A stretch of DNA of 21,580 bases, from NCBI GenBank assembly GCA_044358425.1, contig CP054849.1:700053-721632 (forward strand), written 5' to 3'. Position numbers and translations under genes: made by a program. Position 1 is the first letter of the stretch. Every line of letters begins with the position of its first letter. The DNA is from Marine Group I thaumarchaeote. Its GTDB lineage: Archaea; Thermoproteota; Nitrososphaeria; Nitrososphaerales; Nitrosopumilaceae. Shown piece after piece: positions 1 to 7,160 of the stretch. The notes below the pieces were generated by a model that was not told the DNA's origin, made no database searches, and saw only the letters and a program-made list of their open reading frames with translations.

Positions 1-182
1 AAAAATTTGATGTTATTATTGATGAAATTCTACTTTTCTTTGACTGTTTAAAAGAGCATTTGTAAGCAAATAATGGAGTAATCCTGTGGCCAGTATTCCA
101 ATTGCCACCTCTTTTTCATCCATCAGTACAATATCGTCATAACAATTTTGAGTAATTTCATCAATAATAACATCAAATTTTT
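1..182. repeat. perfect inverted repeat of at least 29 bp (arms 1-29 and 154-182, 124-bp spacer)
   Basis: The reverse complement of 154-182 (aaaaatttgatgttattattgatgaaatt) is identical to 1-29. The match breaks at position 30 versus 153 on the inner side. The outer end cannot be scored because it reaches the window edge. Confidence 0.9.
3..65 (+). CDS. 3' end of a gene cut by the window edge (..KFDVIIDEILLFFDCLKEHL*)
   Basis: The frame is open from the window edge to TAA at 63-65. The first codons encode KFDVIIDEI, the same peptide the minus-strand ORF 16-267 encodes from the inverted copy at 154-182. It overlaps that ORF by 50 nt, so one of the two 3' ends may be spurious. Confidence 0.2.
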   Translation, partial: KFDVIIDEILLFFDCLKEHL

Positions 183-267
183 GTTCAGCAATTAATTTAG
201 GAATAGTTTTTGAATTTTCAATATAATTAAAAAGATAATCTTTGATTGGGTTAGATTCCTCAGACAT
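16..267 (-). CDS. hypothetical 83-aa protein, no recognisable family
   Basis: ATG-initiated ORF from the track with a hydrophobic C-terminal segment (AIGILATGLLHYLLTNALL). An AT-rich TATA-like stretch lies upstream on the minus strand. I recognise no motif. Confidence 0.35.
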   Translation of the reverse strand: MSEESNPIKDYLFNYIENSKTIPKLIAEQKFDVIIDEITQNCYDDIVLMDEKEVAIGILATGLLHYLLTNALLNSQRKVEFHQ

Positions 268-306
268 CTGATTAAATCTTATTTTATCTACATTATAATC
301 TAATTA

Positions 307-313
307 TTTTTAT
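307..313 (+). promoter_or_regulatory. TATA-like box about 27 bp upstream of ATG 338 (leaderless-type promoter)
   Basis: tttttat is centred near 310. The spacing to the ATG matches the pattern seen at other first genes in this window. Confidence 0.3.
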
Positions 314-337
314 GCTGAATTATCATTAACTAAAGAT

Positions 338-568
338 ATGGATTTTTTCAAAAATAAGATAAAAAAATTTCAGGAAAAAAAATTAGATGAAATTTTATTT
401 AAAATACAGTTTCATGAATCCACTAGAAAAAAACTAGAGGAAGAAATGAAGAAATCCAAGGAAATAGATCAAAAATCTCAAAAGCAAATTAAATATCATT
501 CTCAAATGGAGGAGATTTGGAGAGGTAATGAAAAAAAATTACGCAAACAAATGGAGGAAAATAAATAA
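338..568 (+). CDS. hypothetical Lys/Glu-rich, probably coiled-coil 76-aa protein
   Basis: ATG ORF with a correctly spaced TATA-like box. The heptad-like K/E-rich sequence has no family match I can recognise. AT-rich genomes produce such ORFs by chance. Confidence 0.4.
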   Translation: MDFFKNKIKKFQEKKLDEILFKIQFHESTRKKLEEEMKKSKEIDQKSQKQIKYHSQMEEIWRGNEKKLRKQMEENK

Positions 569-632
569 GAAAACCTCTAATTATTATGAAAAAAAAATAT
601 TGTTTTAATACAAATATCAAATATTGTATATA

Positions 633-791
633 ATGGATTTACAGTTTCTAAATGAATTAAAAAAAGAAGATAAAAAACTACGACAAGAGCAGAATAAAAG
701 ATATCGTGAAAAATATAGAGAAATTCTAAATTTAAAGAAACAACGAGCTTATCATAAAGAAAATTTTGAAAAAAAACTTACAGATAAGTAA
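633..791 (+). CDS. possible 52-aa Lys/Glu/Arg-rich small protein (MDLQFLNELKKEDKKLRQEQNKRYREKYREILNLKKQRAYHKENFEKKLTDK)
   Basis: Hand-translated and below the ORF-track length cutoff. ttttaata at 603-610 sits about 27 bp upstream of the ATG. Composition resembles the preceding ORF. Confidence 0.25.
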   Translation: MDLQFLNELKKEDKKLRQEQNKRYREKYREILNLKKQRAYHKENFEKKLTDK

Positions 792-868
792 GATTTTGGA
801 TGTATTTTATTATTTAAAACAAAAGTAATTACAAGAAATTATTAAGTTCTGAAAATATATCAAAATAC

Positions 869-2185
869 TTGACTAGTTCTGTATGGCATCCAAATACCCA
901 GATGAAAGAATGGAGTTCTTTTGATACTATATCAAAAGGTAAAGGAATCTGGCTAATTGATTCAAAGGGCAATAAAATAATTGATGCAGTAGGCTCAATG
1001 TGGTGCAATGTTTGGGGACATTCAAACCCAGAATTAGTCAAAGCAATAACAAATCAGAGTAAAAAAATTCAGCATTCATCAATGTTTAATCTTACAAATG
1101 AACCTGTTGAAAAATTAGCAAAAAATCTGATTAAAATTTCTCCTGGTATGAATAAGGTGTTTTATTCGGATAATGGCTCATCAGCAATGGAAATAGCCAT
1201 AAAAATTGCATTACAGTATTGGAAAAACATAGGAGAGACAAAAAAAACACAGATTGCAACTATTGAAAATGGATATCATGGAGATACCTTTGGAGCAATG
1301 TCAGTTGGATATGTTCCGGAATTTTTTGGTAAATTTAAAAAACAATTATTTTCAACTATACAATTTCCAGTTCCCAACAAGTATAGAATTCCTAAAGGAT
1401 TGACATTAACTGATTATCAAAATGATTGTTTAGAAAAAATGGAAAAAAGATTTTCTAAAAACAACAACATTGCTGCATTCATAATGGAAAGTGGTGCACA
1501 GATGGCAGGTGGAGTGATAATCTATCCAAAAGATTTTCAAAGAAAAATTAGTAAATTATGCAAGAAGTATGAAATATTATTTGTGTTAGATGAGATTGCA
1601 ACTGGTTTTGGCAGATTAGGATCAATGGTTCAATACAAAGAACAAAAAAGTATCCCAGATATTGTTGCATATGGAAAAATGTTAACTGGAGGATATCTTA
1701 CTATGGCAGCTACACTATCAAGTAAAAAAATTTATGATTCTTTTTCAGGAGAGTTCAATCAATGGAAACATCTCTTTCATGGACACACATATACTGGAAA
1801 TCCAATTGCTGCATCTGTTGCCAATCAGAATATTTTGATGTATGAAAAATATGATTTAATTAAAAAAATACAAAAGACATCTAAAATATTTTCACAGTAT
1901 TATGATGCAATATCTTCAATAGACATTGTAGGAGACATTAGACACAAAGGAATGTTGATGGGAATTGAACTGGTATCAAATAGGAAAAAGAAAATCCCAA
2001 TTAAAACAAAAAAATCAATTAACAAAGTATTCTTTGAAGAAGGAAAGAAAAATGGAATATACCTAAGAACTCTTGGGAATATCGTAATGTTGGTACCACC
2101 CTTATCAATAGAAGAAAATGAACTGGAATCCCTCCTAAAAAGGACAATTAAGACCATTCAGGCAGCAAAACCACATATTATTTGA
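869..2185 (+). CDS. bioA: adenosylmethionine-8-amino-7-oxononanoate aminotransferase (BioA)
   Basis: 438 aa with the class-III aminotransferase pattern: N-terminal VWHPNTQM, DEIATGFGRLG, and PLP lysine in AYGKMLTGGYL. Adjacent to bioB and bioF. Uses a TTG start at 869. Confidence 0.9.
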   Translation: MTSSVWHPNTQMKEWSSFDTISKGKGIWLIDSKGNKIIDAVGSMWCNVWGHSNPELVKAITNQSKKIQHSSMFNLTNEPVEKLAKNLIKISPGMNKVFYSDNGSSAMEIAIKIALQYWKNIGETKKTQIATIENGYHGDTFGAMSVGYVPEFFGKFKKQLFSTIQFPVPNKYRIPKGLTLTDYQNDCLEKMEKRFSKNNNIAAFIMESGAQMAGGVIIYPKDFQRKISKLCKKYEILFVLDEIATGFGRLGSMVQYKEQKSIPDIVAYGKMLTGGYLTMAATLSSKKIYDSFSGEFNQWKHLFHGHTYTGNPIAASVANQNILMYEKYDLIKKIQKTSKIFSQYYDAISSIDIVGDIRHKGMLMGIELVSNRKKKIPIKTKKSINKVFFEEGKKNGIYLRTLGNIVMLVPPLSIEENELESLLKRTIKTIQAAKPHII

Positions 2186-2215
2186 CTGTTAACTAGGGAA
2201 TTTCCCAGGGTTAAC
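2186..2215. promoter_or_regulatory. imperfect palindrome ctGTTAACtaGGGAAtTTCCCaggGTTAAC between bioA and bioB
   Basis: GTTAAC at 2188-2193 and 2210-2215 flanks GGGAA-T-TTCCC at 2196-2206. It lies about 11 bp upstream of the bioB TATA-like box. Confidence 0.4.
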
Positions 2216-2225
2216 AATTACCATA

Positions 2226-2235
2226 TTTTTATAAA
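2226..2235 (+). promoter_or_regulatory. TATA-like box for bioB
   Basis: tttttataaa is centred near 2230.5, and ATG 2257 lies about 27 bp downstream, consistent with a leaderless transcript. Confidence 0.4.
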
Positions 2236-2256
2236 TGGAAATAAAAAACTTTCAAC

Positions 2257-3234
2257 ATGAGTAATTTGGAATTTATCAAAGAGTGTCAAGAAAAAGTATT
2301 TTCAGGGGAGAGAATTTCCTCTGAAGACGCAAAGAAATTATTTAACGTTCCAGATGATGATCTTAAAGAATTGGCTAGATGTGCCAACGAAATAACTAGA
2401 GACTATAATGGAAATAAAGTGGATGTTGAACAATTAAACAATATTAAAAAAAATGCATGCAGTGAAGATTGTACCTTTTGCGGACAATCAGCATTTTTTG
2501 ATACAGGTATTGAAACATATCAATTACCAACACCAGAAGAGGTCGTTACAAAAGCTCAAAAAGCAAAAGATGAGGGTGCAGAATCATATTGTCTAGTTGC
2601 AGCATGGAGAGAACCATCATCAAAAGATTTTACAAATGTTTGTAAAATCATTAAAGAAATTAATGATAAAGTTGGAATTAGTGTTGAATGTAGTTTGGGT
2701 TTTCTAACAAAAGAACAAGCAACTAAACTCAAAGAACTAAAAGTAAAAAGATATAATCATAATTTAGAAACAGCAAAATCAAAATTTCCAGAAATATGTA
2801 CAACACACACTTACCAAGACAGATTAGACACACTTGAAATTGCAAGAGAGGCTGGTTTGGAATTGTGTACTGGTGGAATTATTGGTTTAGGAGAAACAAG
2901 GGACCAGAGAATTGAAATGACGTTAGAGTTAGCAAGAATATACCCTGAAGAAGTAACAATAAACATACTAGTTCCAGTTCCAGGAACACCTTTAGAATTA
3001 CAAGTGGATTTACCTAATTCCGAAATTACCAGAATATTTTCAGTCATACGTTTCTTATTGCCTGAATCAGTCATTAAAATTTCTGGAGGAAGAGAGACAA
3101 ACTTGGATGATTCAGGTGAAGAATTGTTACAAAGTGGAGCAAATGGAATTATTACACAAGGATACTTAACGATGGATGGAAACGATGCCCAAAAAGACCG
3201 TAAAATGATTGAAAAAATTGGTCTTGAAGCATAA
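2257..3234 (+). CDS. bioB: biotin synthase, radical SAM (BioB)
   Basis: 325 aa. CSEDCTFC is the CX3CX2C radical-SAM cluster motif, followed by YNHNLET. Cys residues in YCLVAAW, VECSLG and ELCTGG plus Arg in SGGRE match the BioB 2Fe-2S ligand pattern. Confidence 0.95.
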   Translation: MSNLEFIKECQEKVFSGERISSEDAKKLFNVPDDDLKELARCANEITRDYNGNKVDVEQLNNIKKNACSEDCTFCGQSAFFDTGIETYQLPTPEEVVTKAQKAKDEGAESYCLVAAWREPSSKDFTNVCKIIKEINDKVGISVECSLGFLTKEQATKLKELKVKRYNHNLETAKSKFPEICTTHTYQDRLDTLEIAREAGLELCTGGIIGLGETRDQRIEMTLELARIYPEEVTINILVPVPGTPLELQVDLPNSEITRIFSVIRFLLPESVIKISGGRETNLDDSGEELLQSGANGIITQGYLTMDGNDAQKDRKMIEKIGLEA

Positions 3235-4348
3235 ACTCAATTTTATCGATTCAGAGTTATCCAAAATTAAGAATGATAATTTACATAGAAAATTACAATA
3301 TGGAAAAACACAAGGTGCATACATTACAATTAAAGAAAAAAAATTAATTAATTTGTGCTCAAATGACTATCTTGGAATTCCAATAACCAAAATTCAAACA
3401 AATCAACTTCAATCAAGTTCTAGATTAGTTTCAGGAAATGATGAATCGTATAGAAAACTTGAGAAAATTCTATCCAAGCACAAAGGACAACAAAATAGTT
3501 TAATTTTTCCTACTGGGTACATGGCTAATTTAGGTTCAATTTCAGCAATAGCAAAAAAAGGAGATTTGATTCTTAGTGACGAATTAAATCATGCCAGTAT
3601 TATTGAATCATGTAAGTTATCAGGTGCTAAAATATCAATTTACAAACATAATGACATGAAGGATTTATCAAAAAAAATAAAATTGCAAGGAAAAAATAAG
3701 TTTATCATAACTGAAGGAATTTTCAGTATGGATGGAGATGTGTCATCATTAAACGAAATTACAGAAATTGCAGAAAAAACTAATGCAATTACAATTGTTG
3801 ATGATGCACATGGAGATTTTGTAATTGGAAAAGATGGAAGAGGTACACCAAACTATTTCAACGTAGCAAAAAAAATTGATTTGTATATTAGTAGTTTAAG
3901 CAAGGGGTTAGGATCGTTTGGAGGCTATGTGTCATCACAAAATAACGTTATTGATTCATGCATAAACAAGTCAAAATCATTTATCTATACATCAGCTCTA
4001 CCATCATTTTTAGTGGAGCATTCAATTAAGAGAATTCAGTCAAACAGAGAAATTCAGCAAAAGAAATTACATAACAATATAGAAAAACTATCAAAAGGTC
4101 TAAAATCAATCGGATATGAAATTAGTTCTAAATCACAAATCATACCAATTATCATAGGAAAGGAAAAAACAGCAATGGAATTTGGAAAATTTTTATTTAA
4201 AAATGGAATATTTGCTCAACCTATCAGATATCCAACGGTTGCAAAAAATCAAGCTAGACTAAGAATTTCAGTCACAGCATGGCTAAAAAAATCAGATATA
4301 GAAGAGTCCCTACAAATATTTGAAAAAGGTTTTAAGAAATTTAATTAA
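3209..4348 (+). CDS. bioF: 8-amino-7-oxononanoate synthase (BioF; alpha-oxoamine synthase family)
   Basis: 379 aa with NDYLGI, DDAHG and the PLP lysine in SLSKGLGSFGGY. The only in-frame start candidates are TTG at 3209, 3218 or 3224, all inside the bioB 3' end. The BioF versus KBL call rests on gene context. Confidence 0.8.
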   Translation: MKKLVLKHKLNFIDSELSKIKNDNLHRKLQYGKTQGAYITIKEKKLINLCSNDYLGIPITKIQTNQLQSSSRLVSGNDESYRKLEKILSKHKGQQNSLIFPTGYMANLGSISAIAKKGDLILSDELNHASIIESCKLSGAKISIYKHNDMKDLSKKIKLQGKNKFIITEGIFSMDGDVSSLNEITEIAEKTNAITIVDDAHGDFVIGKDGRGTPNYFNVAKKIDLYISSLSKGLGSFGGYVSSQNNVIDSCINKSKSFIYTSALPSFLVEHSIKRIQSNREIQQKKLHNNIEKLSKGLKSIGYEISSKSQIIPIIIGKEKTAMEFGKFLFKNGIFAQPIRYPTVAKNQARLRISVTAWLKKSDIEESLQIFEKGFKKFN

Positions 4349-4465
4349 TTATCGTGATTGGTCCATACCGCCAAAGTCCAAGTTTAATGGATTAGCTGGA
4401 GAGCCAATAATTACAGCAATGGTGACTAGTATACCTAATGAAATGCCAACAATTACAAATCTCAT
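4349..4465 (-). CDS. possible 38-aa single-pass membrane peptide (MRFVIVGISLGILVTIAVIIGSPANPLNLDFGGMDQSR)
   Basis: Hand-translated ATG ORF in the 217-bp gap after bioF with one clear hydrophobic helix. It accounts for the locally higher GC of the gap. Confidence 0.25.
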   Translation of the reverse strand: MRFVIVGISLGILVTIAVIIGSPANPLNLDFGGMDQSR

Positions 4466-4537
4466 ATTCATAAATTGTATCCAAAATACCTAGATAAAAA
4501 GGAGCGTATTAGAAACAGACAAAATTTGTAATAAGGC

Positions 4538-4545
4538 TTTAAAAT
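4538..4545 (+). promoter_or_regulatory. TATA-like box for the ccdA/thioredoxin pair
   Basis: tttaaaat is centred near 4541.5, about 26 bp upstream of ATG 4566. Confidence 0.35.
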
Positions 4546-4565
4546 AAAAATAATGAATTTAACAT

Positions 4566-5297
4566 ATGGCTGACCCTACAGTACTAATTGCATTTTCTGC
4601 AGGTCTAGGATCATTTATTGCTCCATGCATTTTACCTATGATTCCAGCCTTTTTGGCATATATTTCAGGAACAACATTAAACGAAATAAAACATGATCAA
4701 AAAAGTAATTTTCAAATTAATAGAGTAAGCATTATTGCAAATACAATATTTTTTGTATTAGGATTTTCAGTTGTTTTTTCAACTTTAGGGGTTTTAATTA
4801 ATAGTATTTTATCAAGTTCGGTTACTCAATTTTTAGGAGATTTAAATTCAATTGCAGGAATAATTGTGATCATATTTGGAGTATTCCTATTGCTATCCCA
4901 AAAAATAAATTTTATAAATAAAGAAAAAAAAATTCAGATTAAAAAATTCAGATCAAGTTATCCAATGTCTTTTGTATTTGGTTTAGCATTTGCAATTGGA
5001 TGGACACCATGTGTTGGTCCAATATTGGGAACGATTCTAACATTAGCTGCAACAATACCATCAGTTTCATTCAGTTTATTATTAGCATATTCAGCAGGTT
5101 TGGGAATTCCATTTATTTTAATGGGAATATTTTTTTCAAAATCAACAAAAATAATTTCTTCCATGACAAAACATCTAAAATATTATAATTTGTTAATTGG
5201 AGGGTTAATCATAATGTTGGGAATTTTGATATTTACAAATCAACTTGCATATATTGCAAATTTTCCATTACTTAATGAGATTGTGATGTTAGGATGA
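4566..5297 (+). CDS. ccdA: CcdA/DsbD-family thiol-disulfide electron-transfer membrane protein
   Basis: 243 aa and polytopic. Two conserved membrane-embedded Cys motifs are present, APCILPMIP and GWTPCVGPILG. Confidence 0.85.
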   Translation: MADPTVLIAFSAGLGSFIAPCILPMIPAFLAYISGTTLNEIKHDQKSNFQINRVSIIANTIFFVLGFSVVFSTLGVLINSILSSSVTQFLGDLNSIAGIIVIIFGVFLLLSQKINFINKEKKIQIKKFRSSYPMSFVFGLAFAIGWTPCVGPILGTILTLAATIPSVSFSLLLAYSAGLGIPFILMGIFFSKSTKIISSMTKHLKYYNLLIGGLIIMLGILIFTNQLAYIANFPLLNEIVMLG

Positions 5298-6400
5298 ATT
5301 CAGAAATAAAAAACATAGCCATTTTTGGTGGAATTATAATATCAGCAGTGGTATTTTTAGGCATAATTTTTGTGGGATTAGATGATTTATCATTACAAAA
5401 TCAAGGTTCAACAACAGGAGTATTTTTGAACATTAATGATTCAGGAGTAAAAAAAGCACCTGAACTAGTAGGAATTGAGTATTATCTCAATACAACACCT
5501 GAAAAATTAGAGCAAGAGATGGATAACAAAGTTGTACTTTATGACATATGGACCTACAGTTGCATTAATTGTATCAGAACATTACCATTCATTACATCAT
5601 GGGATGAAAAATATTCTGATGAAGGTTTGTTAATTATTGGAATACATTCACCTGAATTTGAGTTTGAAAAAGATCCTAGTAACGTACAAGATGCAATAGA
5701 AAAATATGAAATTGATTATCCAATAGTCATGGACAACAAAATGGAAACTTGGAAGGCATTTGAAAACAATTACTGGCCAAGAAAATACATTGCAGATCAT
5801 GAAGGAAATTTAAGATATAATCATATTGGAGAAGGTGCATATGAAGAAACTGAAAAAATTATTCAACAATTACTTGATGAAAGAGCTCAGTCAATGGGAA
5901 TTAAAACAGTATCAAACAAGGAATTAGTTAACATTGAAGAATTTGAACATACACCATTTAGAACTCCAGAATTATATTTCGGATATAAATTTGCACAAAA
6001 TAGAAATAATTTAGGAAGTAATGAAGGATTTCAACCAGAAAAAAATGTAACGTATACAGAGCCTAAAAAAATAGAATTAAACAGATTCTATCCGGTAGGA
6101 GATTGGAAAAATCATTCAGACAGTATGGAATTAACTAAAAGTAATGGAAGTATCAAAGTGTACTTTGAAGCAAAAGAAGTCAACATTGTAACAAATAACT
6201 ATGCAGAAGTAGAAATATTCCTTGATGGAATTCCTCTAAATGAAAAAAATGTTGGTAACGATGTTTCATTAAATAGGAAATTGATTGTAAGTGATCCTGG
6301 AATGTATAACATCATTGATAGCGAAAATAGCATCTCAGGCATATTAGAAATGAATATTCAAGGCAAAGGATTTCAAGCATTTACTTTTACGTTCGGATAA
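5294..6400 (+). CDS. membrane-anchored thioredoxin-like (redoxin/TlpA-type) protein with a DipZ-like C-terminal domain
   Basis: 368 aa with an N-terminal TM helix. WTYSCINCIRTLP is the CxxC redox motif, and GIHSPEFEFE follows. The start overlaps the ccdA stop in ATGA at 5294-5297. Confidence 0.8.
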   Translation: MNSEIKNIAIFGGIIISAVVFLGIIFVGLDDLSLQNQGSTTGVFLNINDSGVKKAPELVGIEYYLNTTPEKLEQEMDNKVVLYDIWTYSCINCIRTLPFITSWDEKYSDEGLLIIGIHSPEFEFEKDPSNVQDAIEKYEIDYPIVMDNKMETWKAFENNYWPRKYIADHEGNLRYNHIGEGAYEETEKIIQQLLDERAQSMGIKTVSNKELVNIEEFEHTPFRTPELYFGYKFAQNRNNLGSNEGFQPEKNVTYTEPKKIELNRFYPVGDWKNHSDSMELTKSNGSIKVYFEAKEVNIVTNNYAEVEIFLDGIPLNEKNVGNDVSLNRKLIVSDPGMYNIIDSENSISGILEMNIQGKGFQAFTFTFG

Positions 6401-6402
6401 GA

Positions 6403-6448
6403 TGTAACCAGGTATACTGTAACCGAAGGTACACTAACCAGAGTTACA
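6403..6448. repeat. three tandem degenerate repeats of about 15 bp (TGTAACCaGGTATAC / TGTAACCgaaGGTACA / CTAACCagaGTTACA)
   Basis: GTAACC occurs at 6404-6409 and 6419-6424, and TAACC at 6435-6439. Each unit ends in a half-site close to the reverse complement of TGTAAC. The array lies between the stop at 6400 and the TATA-like box at 6455. Confidence 0.6.
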
Positions 6449-6454
6449 AATCTG

Positions 6455-6462
6455 TTTAAAAG
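6455..6462 (+). promoter_or_regulatory. TATA-like box upstream of the CdvB-like gene
   Basis: tttaaaag lies about 31-38 bp upstream of ATG 6493, which would give a short leader. Confidence 0.3.
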
Positions 6463-6492
6463 AAAAAAATTAAGAAAAATTACGAAATCAGT

Positions 6493-7143
6493 ATGATAAG
6501 TAATTCATGGAATAAAACAGAAGGAGAATCAATATCTCAAAAAGTAATGGGTAAGGTAAAGCCTGACGAACCACTAAAAAATAGAATTGATTTTGCTCAG
6601 AAAAAACTACAATCACAAATTACAAAATTATCAGGAATTAATGAAAAATTACAAGCAAAACATGACAAAATTTTTGAAAAATGTGTAAATGCACAGAGAA
6701 ACAACAAACCAGTTTATGCACAAGCATATGCAGGAGAATTAGCACAAGTTAGAAAAATGAAAAACATGGTAAGTGGAGCAAAACTATCCATGGAGCAAGT
6801 TAAACTCAGATTAGACACTGTTTCAGAATTAGGAGATGTTGTTGTAACATTGAGTCCATGTATGTCAATAATTAAAGGACTGAGTCCATCATTAAGTGGA
6901 ATTATGCCTGAAGCAAATGCTTCAATGCAAGACTTATCACAAATACTTGGAGATGTCATGTCAGGATCATCTGTCGGAATGGAAGACAACTTTACTACAC
7001 AAACTGAAACAAATTCAGACACACTTGCAATATTAGAAGAAGCACACAATGTTATTGCAGGACAAACAAAATCATCAATTCCAGAAGTTCCAACAGAATT
7101 AAGACAACAAGTAGCACAGAAAAAAGCAGATATCTTCATTTAG
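6493..7143 (+). CDS. cdvB: ESCRT-III / Snf7-family cell-division protein (CdvB paralog)
   Basis: 216 aa. The helical hairpin pattern (IFEKCVNAQRNN..YAGELAQVRKM..MEQVKLRLDTVSELGDVV) resembles crenarchaeal and thaumarchaeal CdvB. The C-terminus is acidic and Pro-containing. Recognised from memory, not by search. Confidence 0.7.
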   Translation: MISNSWNKTEGESISQKVMGKVKPDEPLKNRIDFAQKKLQSQITKLSGINEKLQAKHDKIFEKCVNAQRNNKPVYAQAYAGELAQVRKMKNMVSGAKLSMEQVKLRLDTVSELGDVVVTLSPCMSIIKGLSPSLSGIMPEANASMQDLSQILGDVMSGSSVGMEDNFTTQTETNSDTLAILEEAHNVIAGQTKSSIPEVPTELRQQVAQKKADIFI

Positions 7144-7160
7144 AATTAACTAATACACAG

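Noticed and set aside
3209-4348. Alternative call of this gene as 2-amino-3-ketobutyrate CoA ligase (Kbl) rather than BioF.
   Set aside because: The two families cannot be separated by eye. However, the gene is translationally coupled to bioB in a bioA-bioB cluster and no tdh neighbour is present. BioF is kept, with reduced confidence.
4349-4445. A relatively GC-rich patch after bioF that might be a tRNA or other structured RNA.
   Set aside because: It has no T-loop (GTTCRANYC) or D-loop consensus and no acceptor-stem pairing. The region reads cleanly as a 38-aa hydrophobic minus-strand ORF instead.
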